A stretch of 41,644 bases of DNA from Desulfobacterales bacterium (GCA_032126435.1 JAQBBE010000052.1:1-41644); one strand, 5' to 3'; positions 1 through 9,810 are shown, counted from the stretch's first letter. Numbers and translations: made by a program. The notes: generated by a model from the sequence alone, not told the origin.

Positions 1-449
1 AGTGTTGAGTTTAAACTAATAAATCCAATAGTTGCCTGCAGAAATAACGCTGCAATAAGCCCGGTTTTTTCTCCGCCAAGGTATCTTCCTAAAAGAAAGG
101 TTATGAATACAGTGCCCATTCCCATTAATACGGATGAAAGATGTGCAACAAAAGGGGACTTTATTCCGGTGAGCTTGAAAAGCATTACAGCAGGTATGTA
201 TCCGAGAGAGGGATATTCCAAAAAGGGATTTCCATTTAGGCGGGGCACGACATAGTTTTTCTCTATGACCATCTCCCAGGCTATTCCGGCAACTCGCGAT
301 TCATCGTGTCTTGAAAATGTGCTGCCCGCAATGGAGCCAAACCCGACAGTCAAGGCAAAAAGCAACAAAAGAAAACGATTTAAATAAGATACATTGTCAT
401 CGGAATGGTTAATTGTGTCGGAGTCTGCGAAAATCTTTTCACCTGTCAT
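1..449 (-). CDS. ArnT-like / GT39-GT83 family membrane glycosyltransferase, N-terminal part (runs off the left edge; not in the ORF track)
   Basis: Manual minus-strand translation from ATG at 449: MTGEKIF...STFSRHDESRVAGIAWEMVIEKNYVVPRLNGNPFLEYPSLGY..., with the ArnT-type DE motif and PxLNGxPFxExP; AAGGA upstream; open to the window edge. Confidence 0.85.
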   Translation of the reverse strand, partial: MTGEKIFADSDTINHSDDNVSYLNRFLLLLFALTVGFGSIAGSTFSRHDESRVAGIAWEMVIEKNYVVPRLNGNPFLEYPSLGYIPAVMLFKLTGIKSPFVAHLSSVLMGMGTVFITFLLGRYLGGEKTGLIAALFLQATIGFISLNST

Positions 450-591
450 TGCCACATTTTCCTTATGATAAGACATCCGGAACTGTGTTGTAATGCACAC
501 AACCACTTGTCGGTTTTAAGTGTAGCTTCAATAACGTCTGGGAAATTCAATAATTTATTTAAAATAAAGGTATTTTTTAGGCTTATATTTT

Positions 592-761
592 TAACTCGGA
601 CATGGAATAATAGAATGATGGAATGATGATTTAAAAAAGATGACATTCCTCTATTTAATTCCCGTCAAGAAGAATTTTACAATAACCCAACTTTCCATTT
701 TGCCATAACCCAATATTCCAGTGTTCCAATATTCCAATTGTGAGCGAAGCGAACTAAGTTC
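592..761 (+). repeat. Octamer-armed intergenic repeat element, family A, divergent copy A1
   Basis: TGGAATAA-TAGAATGA-TGGAATGA array at 603-626, inverse CCAATATT/TTCCA array at ~709-738, 3' end GCGAAGC (744-750) then CTAAGTTC; same layout and terminus as copy A2. Confidence 0.7.
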
Positions 762-1041
762 TATATATGACAAAATTAATTAATTTTAAAAGTTAAAAAA
801 AATTAATTTTTTTATTATTGTTAATGTCATCGTTATCGTTTAAGAAAACAACAGTCACCATGACAGCAGGTGGAAAGCCTAATGCAGACATCGAAACCGT
901 TTTATGCTGGCGATGTAAGCCCTGGTTATATATATCAAGGATGGATATAATAGATCGAAATTTTTCATTACTATCCAGTAGTTGGTGTCCATCGAGCAAA
1001 ATTAAAAAATCATCAGATTATTCAGCCATATTAGTAAAAAA

Positions 1042-2751
1042 ATGAAAAGCCATATTTTTTCCCCTTTTATGAACAAAAACAGCCAGGAAAATATACAATA
1101 TGCTTTTTTAATTTTTGCATGCATAACTCTATGCTTTACAGGTATATTAAATTGCGATCTATGGGATTCCGACGAGCCAAGAGTCGCTGCCATATCTCTG
1201 GAGATGAGCCGAAACGGCAACTTCATTATACCTTATCTGGCCGGAGAACCGTTTATAGAAAAGCCGCCGCTGCATTTTGCCTTAGCGGCCGGGCTAACAC
1301 GCATCCTTGGCACAACCATTGGAAATACCGGGGCTATCAGGCTGTTATCAGCGCTTATGGCCATGGGTACGCTGGCAGTGACATTTCTTCTTGCAAGACG
1401 CCTCGGTGGGATGACGCTTGCCCTGCCGGCAGCGATTATTCTGGCAACTATGCCCGGTTTTATCGATAACTTTCACCGAATTAGAGTTGACCCGTCCCTG
1501 GCCTTTTTTGTGGTCGCTGCGATCTGGTGTTTTGCCGAAGTATATGTTGCAGACCGACGATGGTACTGTCTTCCTGCCGGTTTATTTACGGCCGGGGCAT
1601 TTCTTGTAAAGGGATTTATCGGCCCGGTGCTGATTGGCATGGGATGGTTGGGCCTGGCAATACCCTGGTTGATCAAAAGAATCCGGGGGGAGGGAAAACC
1701 ACAGTTTTACGCGGGGGTTCATGGTTTCGGTGCCCTCCTGTTCATAATTTTAATAGGATCCTGGATGGCGCTCTTTCGGTTAAAAGGCGGAGCCGATCTG
1801 TGGAACACGTGGTTCTGGGAAAATCAGGTGGGAAGGCTTCTGGGTACATCACAGGGATTGGGCCACATGCACCCGGGAAAACCATATTACTATCTCATCG
1901 TCCTTGCCAAGTATGGAATGCCATGGCTCTTGGCTATCTCTCTTTGGGTATGGTCTTTTTTCAGAGACCTCTTCAAAAAACGCTCTGTCTCTACTACACG
2001 GGTGTTTCTTCTGGCCTGGGGTTTTGGAACCTTAGTGTTTCTTACCTTGTCGGTCACCAAACGTTCGATTTACCTAACACCGGCTTTGCCCGCATTTGCG
2101 ATTATGGGAGCCGATGTTTTTAAAAAGTTTCTCCCCAAATGGTGTCGGGTGTTTTTTATTTGCTGGATCGGTTTATCTGTTTTAATTATTGCCGGACTGA
2201 CCGGCTTTCCTATAGTATCCAGTCTCTTGGCCATAAAGATGCCGTCCCAAGCTGGCGCATTCATGGCGGTATTTTCCTGGAAGAACCTGGTCGCCGGAAT
2301 AGGTTTGGCGCTATGCCTGTTTCTGGCCTTCCGGCCGGGCAGGATGTCCTTTTTTGGCCGTGTTGCTTTAGCAACAGCCATGGTATGGATTTCCATTTAT
2401 ATGGGACCGGTTAAAGCCATTGATCTGGAAAAGAGCATGCAAAAAACGGTCACCGAATTTTACGCACAAATTCCTGCCGAGCAAAGACCGAGAGTCGCGG
2501 GCCTGGATTTCAGTGAAACCATGCGTGCGTACTTTTATTATTATTGCGACTGGTCCGTACCCCAGATAAGGGACCCGGACCGAGTGCGGAAAATTATTGC
2601 CGGTATCGATTCGGAGTACGACAGCATTATTGTTAATGGCAGAAAATTAGATCAACTGGCGCAGCTAAAATCGCTTTACCGTATCATTGGCGAAAATTAT
2701 CCCAGTAAAACTAACTGGAAACGAAAAATATATTGGATAACAGGAAGTTGA
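1042..2751 (+). CDS. arnT: 4-amino-4-deoxy-L-arabinose transferase ArnT-like membrane glycosyltransferase
   Basis: WDSDEPRVA and PFIEKPPL motifs, many TM segments, directly upstream of arnB. Confidence 0.85.
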   Translation: MKSHIFSPFMNKNSQENIQYAFLIFACITLCFTGILNCDLWDSDEPRVAAISLEMSRNGNFIIPYLAGEPFIEKPPLHFALAAGLTRILGTTIGNTGAIRLLSALMAMGTLAVTFLLARRLGGMTLALPAAIILATMPGFIDNFHRIRVDPSLAFFVVAAIWCFAEVYVADRRWYCLPAGLFTAGAFLVKGFIGPVLIGMGWLGLAIPWLIKRIRGEGKPQFYAGVHGFGALLFIILIGSWMALFRLKGGADLWNTWFWENQVGRLLGTSQGLGHMHPGKPYYYLIVLAKYGMPWLLAISLWVWSFFRDLFKKRSVSTTRVFLLAWGFGTLVFLTLSVTKRSIYLTPALPAFAIMGADVFKKFLPKWCRVFFICWIGLSVLIIAGLTGFPIVSSLLAIKMPSQAGAFMAVFSWKNLVAGIGLALCLFLAFRPGRMSFFGRVALATAMVWISIYMGPVKAIDLEKSMQKTVTEFYAQIPAEQRPRVAGLDFSETMRAYFYYYCDWSVPQIRDPDRVRKIIAGIDSEYDSIIVNGRKLDQLAQLKSLYRIIGENYPSKTNWKRKIYWITGS

Positions 2752-2772
2752 ACCGGACAGGAACTCTTGACC

Positions 2773-3930
2773 ATGCGCAGTGAATTTTTACCATTTTCGC
2801 GGCCGTCCATCAGCCGGCAAGAAATAGATGCGGTCATCGAGGTATTAACCTCCGGATGGATAACCACCGGAGAGAAAAGTGCCCAATTCGAGCAAAAGAT
2901 TTGCGACTATACCGGCTGCGCCGGTGCTGTCGCCCTATGTTCAGCGACCGGCGGAATGCACCTGTTGCTCAAGGCCTTAGACATCGGACCGGGCGATGAG
3001 GTCATCACCCCGTCAATGACCTGGGTGTCCACAGTAAACCTGACCGTTCTGGCCGGAGCCACGCCCGTTTTCGTGGATATCGACAGAGAAACTCTGATGA
3101 TGAGGGCCGAATCGCTGGAAGGGAAAATCACCCCGCGAACCCGGCTCATCATACCGGTTCACTTTGCCGGCGCCGCGGCAGACATGGATGTCATCCGCCA
3201 AACCGTATCCGCATATTCGGATCAGGACATCTTTATTGCCGAAGATGCCGCTCACGCTATCGGTACGGAATACAAGGGAAAACGGGTGGGCCGGCAGGGC
3301 ACGTCTATTTTTTCCTTCCATCCCATTAAGAATATTACCACCGGCGAAGGCGGAATGTTCTGTTCGGATGATGAGAAGCTCATTAACCGGGTGCGACAAT
3401 TAAAATTTCACGGCCTGGGTGTGGATGCTTATGATCGACAGACCCAGAGTCGGTCTCCCCAGGCGGAAGTACTGGAGCCCGGCTATAAATATAATATGAC
3501 TGACATCTCAGCAGTACTGGGCTTGGGACAGTTGTCGCGACTTCAAGAATTCAATCGGAAACGCGCGGAATTGGCTTCACTATACCTGGAAAAGATATCC
3601 GGAATCCACGAAATATTACCCCTTGGCATTCCGTCCTATCAAATGAAACATTCCTGGCATCTGTTCATTGTCCGCCTGGATATCGAAAAAGCGGGAATGG
3701 ATCGCGATGAATTTATGCAAGAATTAAAACGGAGAAATATCGGTACGGGAATTCATTTCCGCGCCGTCCATCTCCAAAAATATTACACCGAGGCCATGCA
3801 AACCCGTCGAGGAATGTTGCCCAATACCGAATGGAATTCGGACCGGATCGTATCGTTGCCTCTGTTTCCGGACATGACTGAAAAGGATATCGACTCGGTG
3901 ATAGAAGCCATAAAGGAGGTTTTGAGCTAA
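2773..3930 (+). CDS. arnB: UDP-4-amino-4-deoxy-L-arabinose aminotransferase (DegT/DnrJ family)
   Basis: FLPFSRP, EDAAHA, SFHPIKNITTGEGG (PLP lysine), LKFHGLGVDAYDR; arn operon context; ATG 2773 chosen, TTG 2767 possible. Confidence 0.95.
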   Translation: MRSEFLPFSRPSISRQEIDAVIEVLTSGWITTGEKSAQFEQKICDYTGCAGAVALCSATGGMHLLLKALDIGPGDEVITPSMTWVSTVNLTVLAGATPVFVDIDRETLMMRAESLEGKITPRTRLIIPVHFAGAAADMDVIRQTVSAYSDQDIFIAEDAAHAIGTEYKGKRVGRQGTSIFSFHPIKNITTGEGGMFCSDDEKLINRVRQLKFHGLGVDAYDRQTQSRSPQAEVLEPGYKYNMTDISAVLGLGQLSRLQEFNRKRAELASLYLEKISGIHEILPLGIPSYQMKHSWHLFIVRLDIEKAGMDRDEFMQELKRRNIGTGIHFRAVHLQKYYTEAMQTRRGMLPNTEWNSDRIVSLPLFPDMTEKDIDSVIEAIKEVLS

Positions 3931-3933
3931 ACC

Positions 3934-4920
3934 ATGACAACGGATATTTCTATTGTAATTCCGGTATTCAACGAAGAAGACAATCTTAAAGAGCTTCTGG
4001 ATCGATGCCTCGATGCCTGTAACAAGATGGATAAGTCATTCGAAATCATCCTGGTTGATGACGGGAGCTCTGACCGGTCGGCGGAAATCATCGCCCGGAC
4101 GGCCCGAGAAAATCCAGGAAAGGTAATCGGTGTATGTTTAAACCGTAATTACGGCCAACACGCGGCGGTAATGGCCGGATTTAAAGAGTCCAGGGGTGAT
4201 ATTGTTGTTACGCTTGATGCTGACCTGCAGAACCCGCCCGAGGAAATACCAAGGCTGGTCGAATGTGTGGACAAAGGTTGCGACGTGGTGGGAAGCGTAC
4301 GAATGAATAGAAAGGATACCCTCTTTAGAAGGATAGCTTCTGCCATTATTAACAAAGCGGTACAGAAATCGACGGGTGTGATGATGCATGACTATGGCTG
4401 CATGTTACGGGCCTATCGCCGTCATATTGTTGATGCTATGCTGATGTGCAAGGAGCATAGCACGTTTATTCCGATTCTTGCCAATAGTTTTGCCCGTACC
4501 ACCACAGAAATAGAAGTAAAACATGAAGCGCGCAGACAGGGGGAATCGAAATACAATTTTATGAAGCTCGTGATGCTGCAATTCGATCTGTTAACCAGTA
4601 TGACAACCTTTCCACTTCGTCTTCTTAGTATACTTGGAGGAATTGTCTCTTTAGCAGGAATCGGTTTTGGTTTTTTCCTTTTAATCATGCGTGTCATTTA
4701 CGGAGCCAAATGGGCGGCTGAAGGTGTTTTTACGCTTTTTGCGATATTATTTATTTTTGTAGGTGCTCAGTTTATCGGAATGGGACTGCTTGGGGAATAT
4801 ATAGGCAGAATTTACTATGATGTCAGAGCCCGTCCCCGTTACTTTGTGCAACGGGTTACCGGCAAAAGCAACTTTGAGTCAAAAAAAACTTACCCGGATA
4901 ACCAGAACTCCGGCCGGTAA
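3934..4920 (+). CDS. arnC: Undecaprenyl-phosphate 4-deoxy-4-formamido-L-arabinose transferase (GT2)
   Basis: [35 protein letters not shown], two C-terminal TM helices. Confidence 0.95.
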   Translation: MTTDISIVIPVFNEEDNLKELLDRCLDACNKMDKSFEIILVDDGSSDRSAEIIARTARENPGKVIGVCLNRNYGQHAAVMAGFKESRGDIVVTLDADLQNPPEEIPRLVECVDKGCDVVGSVRMNRKDTLFRRIASAIINKAVQKSTGVMMHDYGCMLRAYRRHIVDAMLMCKEHSTFIPILANSFARTTTEIEVKHEARRQGESKYNFMKLVMLQFDLLTSMTTFPLRLLSILGGIVSLAGIGFGFFLLIMRVIYGAKWAAEGVFTLFAILFIFVGAQFIGMGLLGEYIGRIYYDVRARPRYFVQRVTGKSNFESKKTYPDNQNSGR

Positions 4921-4940
4921 GTCTTTGACCGGAAAATCAT

Positions 4941-5139
4941 TAAACGTCTCTGAAATTCTACAACTTCTCGAAATAACGAGTCTTTTAATGGTAATCTGTT
5001 TATGCCATCAGAATGGAATATTGGAATATTGGAATCAGGGCGGAAATAAAACCATTTTAATTGTAAAAAACTCCTTCAAACCCATCATTCCATTACTCCA
5101 TCATTCCATTATTCCAATTAGGGCGAAGCCCCTAAGTTC
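4941..5139 (+). repeat. Octamer-armed intergenic repeat element, family A, copy A2
   Basis: Starts TAAACGTCTC, ends GGGCGAAGCCC-CTAAGTTC; 5037-5119 equals the reverse complement of 11077-11158 except one A indel. Confidence 0.9.
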
Positions 5140-5180
5140 AAATCATCCGCCATCAAGGCGCAGACACACAAAGGATAACA

Positions 5181-7187
5181 ATGAAAGCGATCGTATTGGC
5201 ATACCACAACATCGGTTGTATCGGAATTGAAGCACTGCTTAAAAACGGATATGAAATTGCGGCAGTTTTTACACATAATGACAACCCAAATGAAAATATC
5301 TGGTTTAACTCGGTGGCCGAACTTGCTTCAGGTCATGGAATTCCGGTTTTCGCGCCCGAAGACATAAATCATCCTTTATGGATACAAAAAATTATTGAAT
5401 TAGATCCGGATATTCTTTTTTCATTTTACTACCGTAATATGGTCACTTCAGAAATCCTGGATATTCCTTCTTCAGGCTGTTTGAATCTGCACGGTTCTTT
5501 TTTGCCCAAATACCGCGGGCGATGCCCCATCAACTGGGTGCTGGTCAACGGGGAGACCGAAACCGGAATAACCCTTCATTACATGACTCCTCGGGCCGAT
5601 GACGGCGATATTGTATGTCAGAAAAAGATTGCGATATCCGATACGGATAACGCACACACACTTCATGAAAAAGCCGCAAAGACTGCAACCGATGTATTAA
5701 ACGAAATTCTACCGAAGTTACGGGAAGGAACGGCTCCCCGCATTCCTCAGGATCATTCTAAGGCTTCTTATTTTGGAGCCCGCAGTGCCAAGGACGGTGA
5801 AATCGACTGGAATCAAGATGCCGTTGCAATAAGGAATCTGGTGCGGGCGGTATCCCGGCCCTATCCCGGGGCTTCCAGCTATTTGGGTAACCGAAAATGT
5901 ATATTCTGGTCCGTTAGCGCGGCAAAAGGAAACAGCGAAAGGCCGGGTACTATTCTTTCTAAGGTTCCGTTAGTGATTGCCTGCGGCAAAGGAGCCATAC
6001 AGGTTGATTTTGGCCAGTTCGAAGGTGGGATATTCATGAGCGGCTTACAGCTTGCTGAAGAAATGCACCTTGTTGCGGGCATGAAATTTGGCAAACATAA
6101 AGGGAGCCGGGTTGAAACGGCAAGAAAAAAACAGGTGCTTATCCTTGGGGTTGACGGATTCATAGGCAACCATCTTACTGAACGGCTTTTAGATAGTGGA
6201 AAATATGAAGTTCACGGTATGGACTTAGGGGCACATTCCATTCAGCGTTTCGTGGGCGTTCCGGGGTTCCATTTTTCCGAAGGGGATATTTCCATCCATC
6301 GTGAATGGATAGAATATCATGTAAGAAAGTGCGATATAGTTCTTCCTCTTGTTGCCATTGCAACACCTGTTGAATACATCCGTAACCCTTTGAAGGTATT
6401 CGAACTCGATTTTGAAGAAAACCTCCACATTGTCCGCTACTGTGTCAAATACGGCAAAAGAATACTGTTCCCTTCTACCTCGGAAGTATATGGAATGTGC
6501 CATGATCCGAAATTCAATGAAGAAAACTCTCAATTAGTATTGGGACCCATCCGAAACCAGCGCTGGATTTATTCCTGCTGCAAGCAATTACTTGACAGGG
6601 TCATCTGGGCCTACGGCGCAAAAGAGGGTTTGCAGTTTACTCTGTTCAGGCCTTTTAACTGGATCGGCCCACGGCTTGACAGCCTGGCATCCGCCCGCAT
6701 CGGTAGTTCTCGTGCTATTACCCAGTTGATTTTAAATCTTACCGATGGGACTCCGATCCAGCTCGTTGACGGCGGCAGCCAAAAACGATGTTTTACTGAT
6801 GTAAAAGATGGTGTTGAATGTCTGTACAGGATTATTGAAAACCCGAACGGTTGTTGCGACGGCAAGATTATCAACATCGGAAATCCAGACAATGAAGCGA
6901 GCATCAAGGACCTGGCCGACATGCTAGTGGAAAAATTTCATCAACATCCTTTGTGCAAAGAATTCCCTCCCTTTGCAGGTATCAGCAAGGTGGAAAGCAA
7001 AACTTTTTACGGGTCAGGTTATGAGGATGTAAAACACAGAAAACCTTGTATCGATAATGCCCGACGTCTTTTAAACTGGGAACCCAAGATTAATATCGAG
7101 CAATCGGTTGAAGAAACCCTTGATTTCTTTCTAAAAGAAGCGATCCGGACGGGAGAATGCGGCACCACCCGACCCTGTGACGTGTAG
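5181..7187 (+). CDS. arnA: Bifunctional UDP-glucuronate decarboxylase / UDP-L-Ara4N formyltransferase
   Basis: N-terminal formyltransferase ([18 protein letters not shown]) plus C-terminal SDR ([22 protein letters not shown]); AAGGA RBS. Confidence 0.97.
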   Translation: MKAIVLAYHNIGCIGIEALLKNGYEIAAVFTHNDNPNENIWFNSVAELASGHGIPVFAPEDINHPLWIQKIIELDPDILFSFYYRNMVTSEILDIPSSGCLNLHGSFLPKYRGRCPINWVLVNGETETGITLHYMTPRADDGDIVCQKKIAISDTDNAHTLHEKAAKTATDVLNEILPKLREGTAPRIPQDHSKASYFGARSAKDGEIDWNQDAVAIRNLVRAVSRPYPGASSYLGNRKCIFWSVSAAKGNSERPGTILSKVPLVIACGKGAIQVDFGQFEGGIFMSGLQLAEEMHLVAGMKFGKHKGSRVETARKKQVLILGVDGFIGNHLTERLLDSGKYEVHGMDLGAHSIQRFVGVPGFHFSEGDISIHREWIEYHVRKCDIVLPLVAIATPVEYIRNPLKVFELDFEENLHIVRYCVKYGKRILFPSTSEVYGMCHDPKFNEENSQLVLGPIRNQRWIYSCCKQLLDRVIWAYGAKEGLQFTLFRPFNWIGPRLDSLASARIGSSRAITQLILNLTDGTPIQLVDGGSQKRCFTDVKDGVECLYRIIENPNGCCDGKIINIGNPDNEASIKDLADMLVEKFHQHPLCKEFPPFAGISKVESKTFYGSGYEDVKHRKPCIDNARRLLNWEPKINIEQSVEETLDFFLKEAIRTGECGTTRPCDV

Positions 7188-7263
7188 TTAAAACGATGAT
7201 CAAAAATTTGGCAAAGCAATATCTTAAACTCGATTCCCGGAACCCGGATAAACCGGAAAAAAA

Positions 7264-7466
7264 CAAATTACAAACAAATCGCAATAGCCGAAATTCAAAA
7301 TTCGAAACCTTATGATCTTGAAGAAAGTAAACGAATTGAAAAAGATATCTTCATCAATACCGGAAAAATCGAAATAGTTTAGGTCATTGGTATTTGGAAT
7401 TTGAGATTTGTTTGTAATTTGATGCTTGTGATTTGGGATTTATTTGTAATTTGGTGCTTGGAATTT
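7264..7466 (+). repeat. Heptamer-armed cassette, family B, copy B1
   Basis: Perfect 17-bp inverted repeat CAAATTACAAACAAATC (7264-7280) / GATTTGTTTGTAATTTG (7405-7421); degenerate ATTTGGN-type heptamer tandem running to the arnD ATG. Confidence 0.85.
7284..7377 (+). pseudogene. Internally deleted remnant of a probable four-helix-bundle (23S rRNA-IVP-like) gene
   Basis: 7284-7328 reads (ATA)AEIQNSKPYDLEES; after a frame change 7333-7377 reads ELKKISSSIPEKSK*; these resemble my recollection of the N- and C-termini of that family, not search-verified. Confidence 0.6.
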
Positions 7467-8360
7467 ATGAAGACAGGTTTACGTATTGACGTTGACACAT
7501 TCAGGGGCACCAAAATTGGTGTGCCGAATTTGTGCAGGATTCTTGCCGGTTACTCTATACGAGCATCATTCTTTTTTTCCGTTGGTCCGGATAATATGGG
7601 GCGTCACCTGTGGCGTCTGCTGCGCCCCTCTTTTTTTAAAAAAATGCTGCGCTCAAAAGCGGCAAGCTTGTATGGCTGGGATATTCTGCTTAAAGGGACT
7701 TTTCTTCCGGGGCCGGTTATCGGAAAAAGACTGGCCGATATAATACGTTCTGCCGCGAACCAGGGTCACGAAATCGGTTTGCACGCCTGGGATCATCACG
7801 CCTGGCAGGTCCACATCGACAGGATGGATCAGCAGTCCATAAGGCATCACCTTCGCAAAGGGGTTGATCAGCTTGCACCTATTCTCGGCAAGATTCCGGT
7901 TTGCTCGGCTTCCCCAGCATGGAAATGTAATAATCTTGTACTAATGGAAAAACAGAAATTCCCTTTTTTTTATAACAGTGATTGCAGGGGCGAAAGTATT
8001 TTTCTCCCATTGGTTGATGGGAAGAAACTCTCGCAACCCCAGATTCCCGTGACATTGCCTACCTATGATGAAGTAATCGGAAGAAAAGGAGTGTCGGATA
8101 GTAATTACAATGAATATATATTGTCGCTGATGAAACCGGAGAAATTGAATGTCCTGACTATTCATGCAGAAGTCGAGGGGATATTCTGTGCCGAAATGTT
8201 CGAACACTTTTTAAAGACAGCCCTGTCAAGAAAAATATCCTTTATCCCTCTGGGAACATTTCTACAGGAACAAATACCCACAGACTATGCTACCCTTGTG
8301 CCTGGAAAGATTCGCGGCCGAGAAGGATGGGTTGCATACCAGACACAAGATAATACTTGA
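7467..8360 (+). CDS. arnD: 4-deoxy-4-formamido-L-arabinose-phosphoundecaprenol deformylase
   Basis: MKTGLRIDVDTFRGT, SVGPDNMGRHLWRL, GLHAWDH, TIHAEVEG; the ORF-track extension 7401-7466 is repeat-derived. Confidence 0.95.
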   Translation: MKTGLRIDVDTFRGTKIGVPNLCRILAGYSIRASFFFSVGPDNMGRHLWRLLRPSFFKKMLRSKAASLYGWDILLKGTFLPGPVIGKRLADIIRSAANQGHEIGLHAWDHHAWQVHIDRMDQQSIRHHLRKGVDQLAPILGKIPVCSASPAWKCNNLVLMEKQKFPFFYNSDCRGESIFLPLVDGKKLSQPQIPVTLPTYDEVIGRKGVSDSNYNEYILSLMKPEKLNVLTIHAEVEGIFCAEMFEHFLKTALSRKISFIPLGTFLQEQIPTDYATLVPGKIRGREGWVAYQTQDNT

Positions 8361-8393
8361 TAAAATTCTGTATTAGATTTAAAATTGATGGCT

Positions 8394-8414
8394 TCGTAGA
8401 AAGTCTTTTGCGAG
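8394..8414 (+). repeat. Collapsed palindromic repeat, family C, copy 1
   Basis: TCGTAGAAAGTCTTTTGCGAG, 19/21 identical to the reverse complement of 38699-38719. Confidence 0.55.
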
Positions 8415-8457
8415 TGACTTTGACCATTTTGAGAAAATTCAAAGGTCCGTTTCTCAA

Positions 8458-8844
8458 CTAAACGACATTTGCTACAGGCTCGGTATGGATACAATATCAG
8501 TGGGAAATCTCTGTGGATTTACAATTTAAGAAAAAGGTTGATTTTAAGATAGAATACGGAGATGTGAATGCCATAGCCGGTTTGCTCAAAAAAATCGCAA
8601 CCAGGCAGGGCATTGGTAATATTCTGGCTCGGGGATTAGACATGCGGCCCAGATCTGGAACATGGAAGACATGGCTGTGCATGTTAAAGGACTTGAACTG
8701 CCCGGTTATGATCCCAGAGTTCTTAAGGGATGCGGGCTTGCCTTTGCCACCGCCGACAGTGGCGCATGCCATTTAAGGGCGCCGTTCCATAATCCTGAGA
8801 TAAAAGGCGTGATCGCCCCGGAGATTATCAAAAGGAAAGCCGAA
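8458..8844 (+). pseudogene. Aldehyde:ferredoxin oxidoreductase (AOR family) internal fragment, disrupted
   Basis: Three pieces broken by a stop and frameshifts: LNDICYRLGMDTISVGNLCGFTI*, IEYGDVNAIAGLLKKIATRQGIGNILARG, RHAAQIWNMEDMAVHVKGLELPGYDPRVLKGCGLAFATADSGACHLRA. Confidence 0.85.
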
Positions 8845-8964
8845 AATAAAATTTTAGAAAAAATTCTTTCTCAGAAAAAACCGTTGTGTCCCCACTACGG
8901 TAAGGAAATGAACATATGGGAGGTTCCCCCTTTTTCCTTCTGTGACGATCTCGGCTTGGGTAAA
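8845..8964 (+). pseudogene. Fragment of an unrelated small zinc-ribbon-like protein fused in frame to the AOR fragment
   Basis: KILEKILSQKKPLCPHYGKEMNIWEVPPFSFCDDLGLG; CPHY looks like a decayed CxxC; not AOR-like. Confidence 0.45.
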
Positions 8965-9118
8965 ATTTTCACGTTGACTTGGGGCGTCCATACTTCTCGC
9001 CGTTGTGGGCAGCTTGTCAGCTGTCCAATTCTGCTATCCTGCAGAATTGCCCTTGGCCTTGAACGAAATTGAGCATTTTTCAAGGTCTCAATGGTGCTGA
9101 AAAAAGGCTTGATACTCA

Positions 9119-9808
9119 ATGAGCACAACACACACTAAAACTTATAATTCATATCATTTTGGATCACCATCAAATATAGCCGACCAGCAACTGAAACAAC
9201 TCATTAGATTCTTTAATTTACCAAAAAATAGCGTTAATTCAGCCCTCGGCGGAAGAACCTCCATTACAGTTACACAGCTTAACGGCATAGGATCTGTAGT
9301 TATTAAATATTATAGACGGGGAGGAGTCATTCGATATCTGATCAAAAAACGGTATCTTAAATGTGGAAAAACGCGTTGCCAGATTGAATATGAACTGTTG
9401 CAGAAGGTCAGAAGTTTAGGCATAAATGCCCCTGAGCCGGTTGCCTTTGCTTATAGAGGCCGCCTGTTCTATCAATGTTGGCTGGTAACCCGAGAGATCC
9501 AAGATCATCAAACACTTGTCCAAATAAGTCGTTCAAATGAAGAACAGGCCCGTATGGCAATGAAAGCAGTCGTCAAGCAAGTTTCAATGCTCATAAAAAA
9601 TAAAATTTTACATGCCGATTTACATCCCGGCAATGTAATAGTGGACAATCAAAACCAAGTTTACATTCTTGATTTTGACAAGGGGTGTGTTTTTCACGGA
9701 GATAAAAATGCGCTGAGAACTCGATACCTGCGTCGCTGGAATCGGGCAATACAAAAGCATGGGCTACCGGAGATGCTTAGTGAAGTTAATGCGTTAAACT
9801 CTCTTTAA
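9119..9808 (+). CDS. Kdo kinase-like LPS kinase (Kdo/WaaP family)
   Basis: VIKYYRRGG, HADLHPGNVIV, ILDFDKG, KdkA-type motifs. Confidence 0.85.
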   Translation: MSTTHTKTYNSYHFGSPSNIADQQLKQLIRFFNLPKNSVNSALGGRTSITVTQLNGIGSVVIKYYRRGGVIRYLIKKRYLKCGKTRCQIEYELLQKVRSLGINAPEPVAFAYRGRLFYQCWLVTREIQDHQTLVQISRSNEEQARMAMKAVVKQVSMLIKNKILHADLHPGNVIVDNQNQVYILDFDKGCVFHGDKNALRTRYLRRWNRAIQKHGLPEMLSEVNALNSL

Positions 9809-9810
9809 CC

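Noticed and set aside
446-646. 66-aa minus ORF whose stop overlaps the arnT-like start (ATGA)
   Set aside because: Its start lies within repeat A1 and it has no recognisable motif; it could be a gene tail but I cannot support that
793-1045. Short ORFs in the AT-rich spacer between the arnT-like genes
   Set aside because: No RBS or motifs; more likely a divergent promoter region, though decayed coding sequence is not excluded
4817-5230. 137-aa ORF spanning the arnC-arnA gap
   Set aside because: It is a translation of repeat element A2 (ILEYWN, IIPLLHHSIIP) and overlaps both real genes
7090-7466. ORF 7090-7284 (-) and the MRFVCNL... N-terminal extension of arnD
   Set aside because: Both begin with the same peptide because they read the inverted arms of cassette B1
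8527-8660. Programmed frameshift or stop readthrough restoring AOR
   Set aside because: Only about 130 codons of a ~600-aa enzyme are present, with several lesions; this is decay, not recoding
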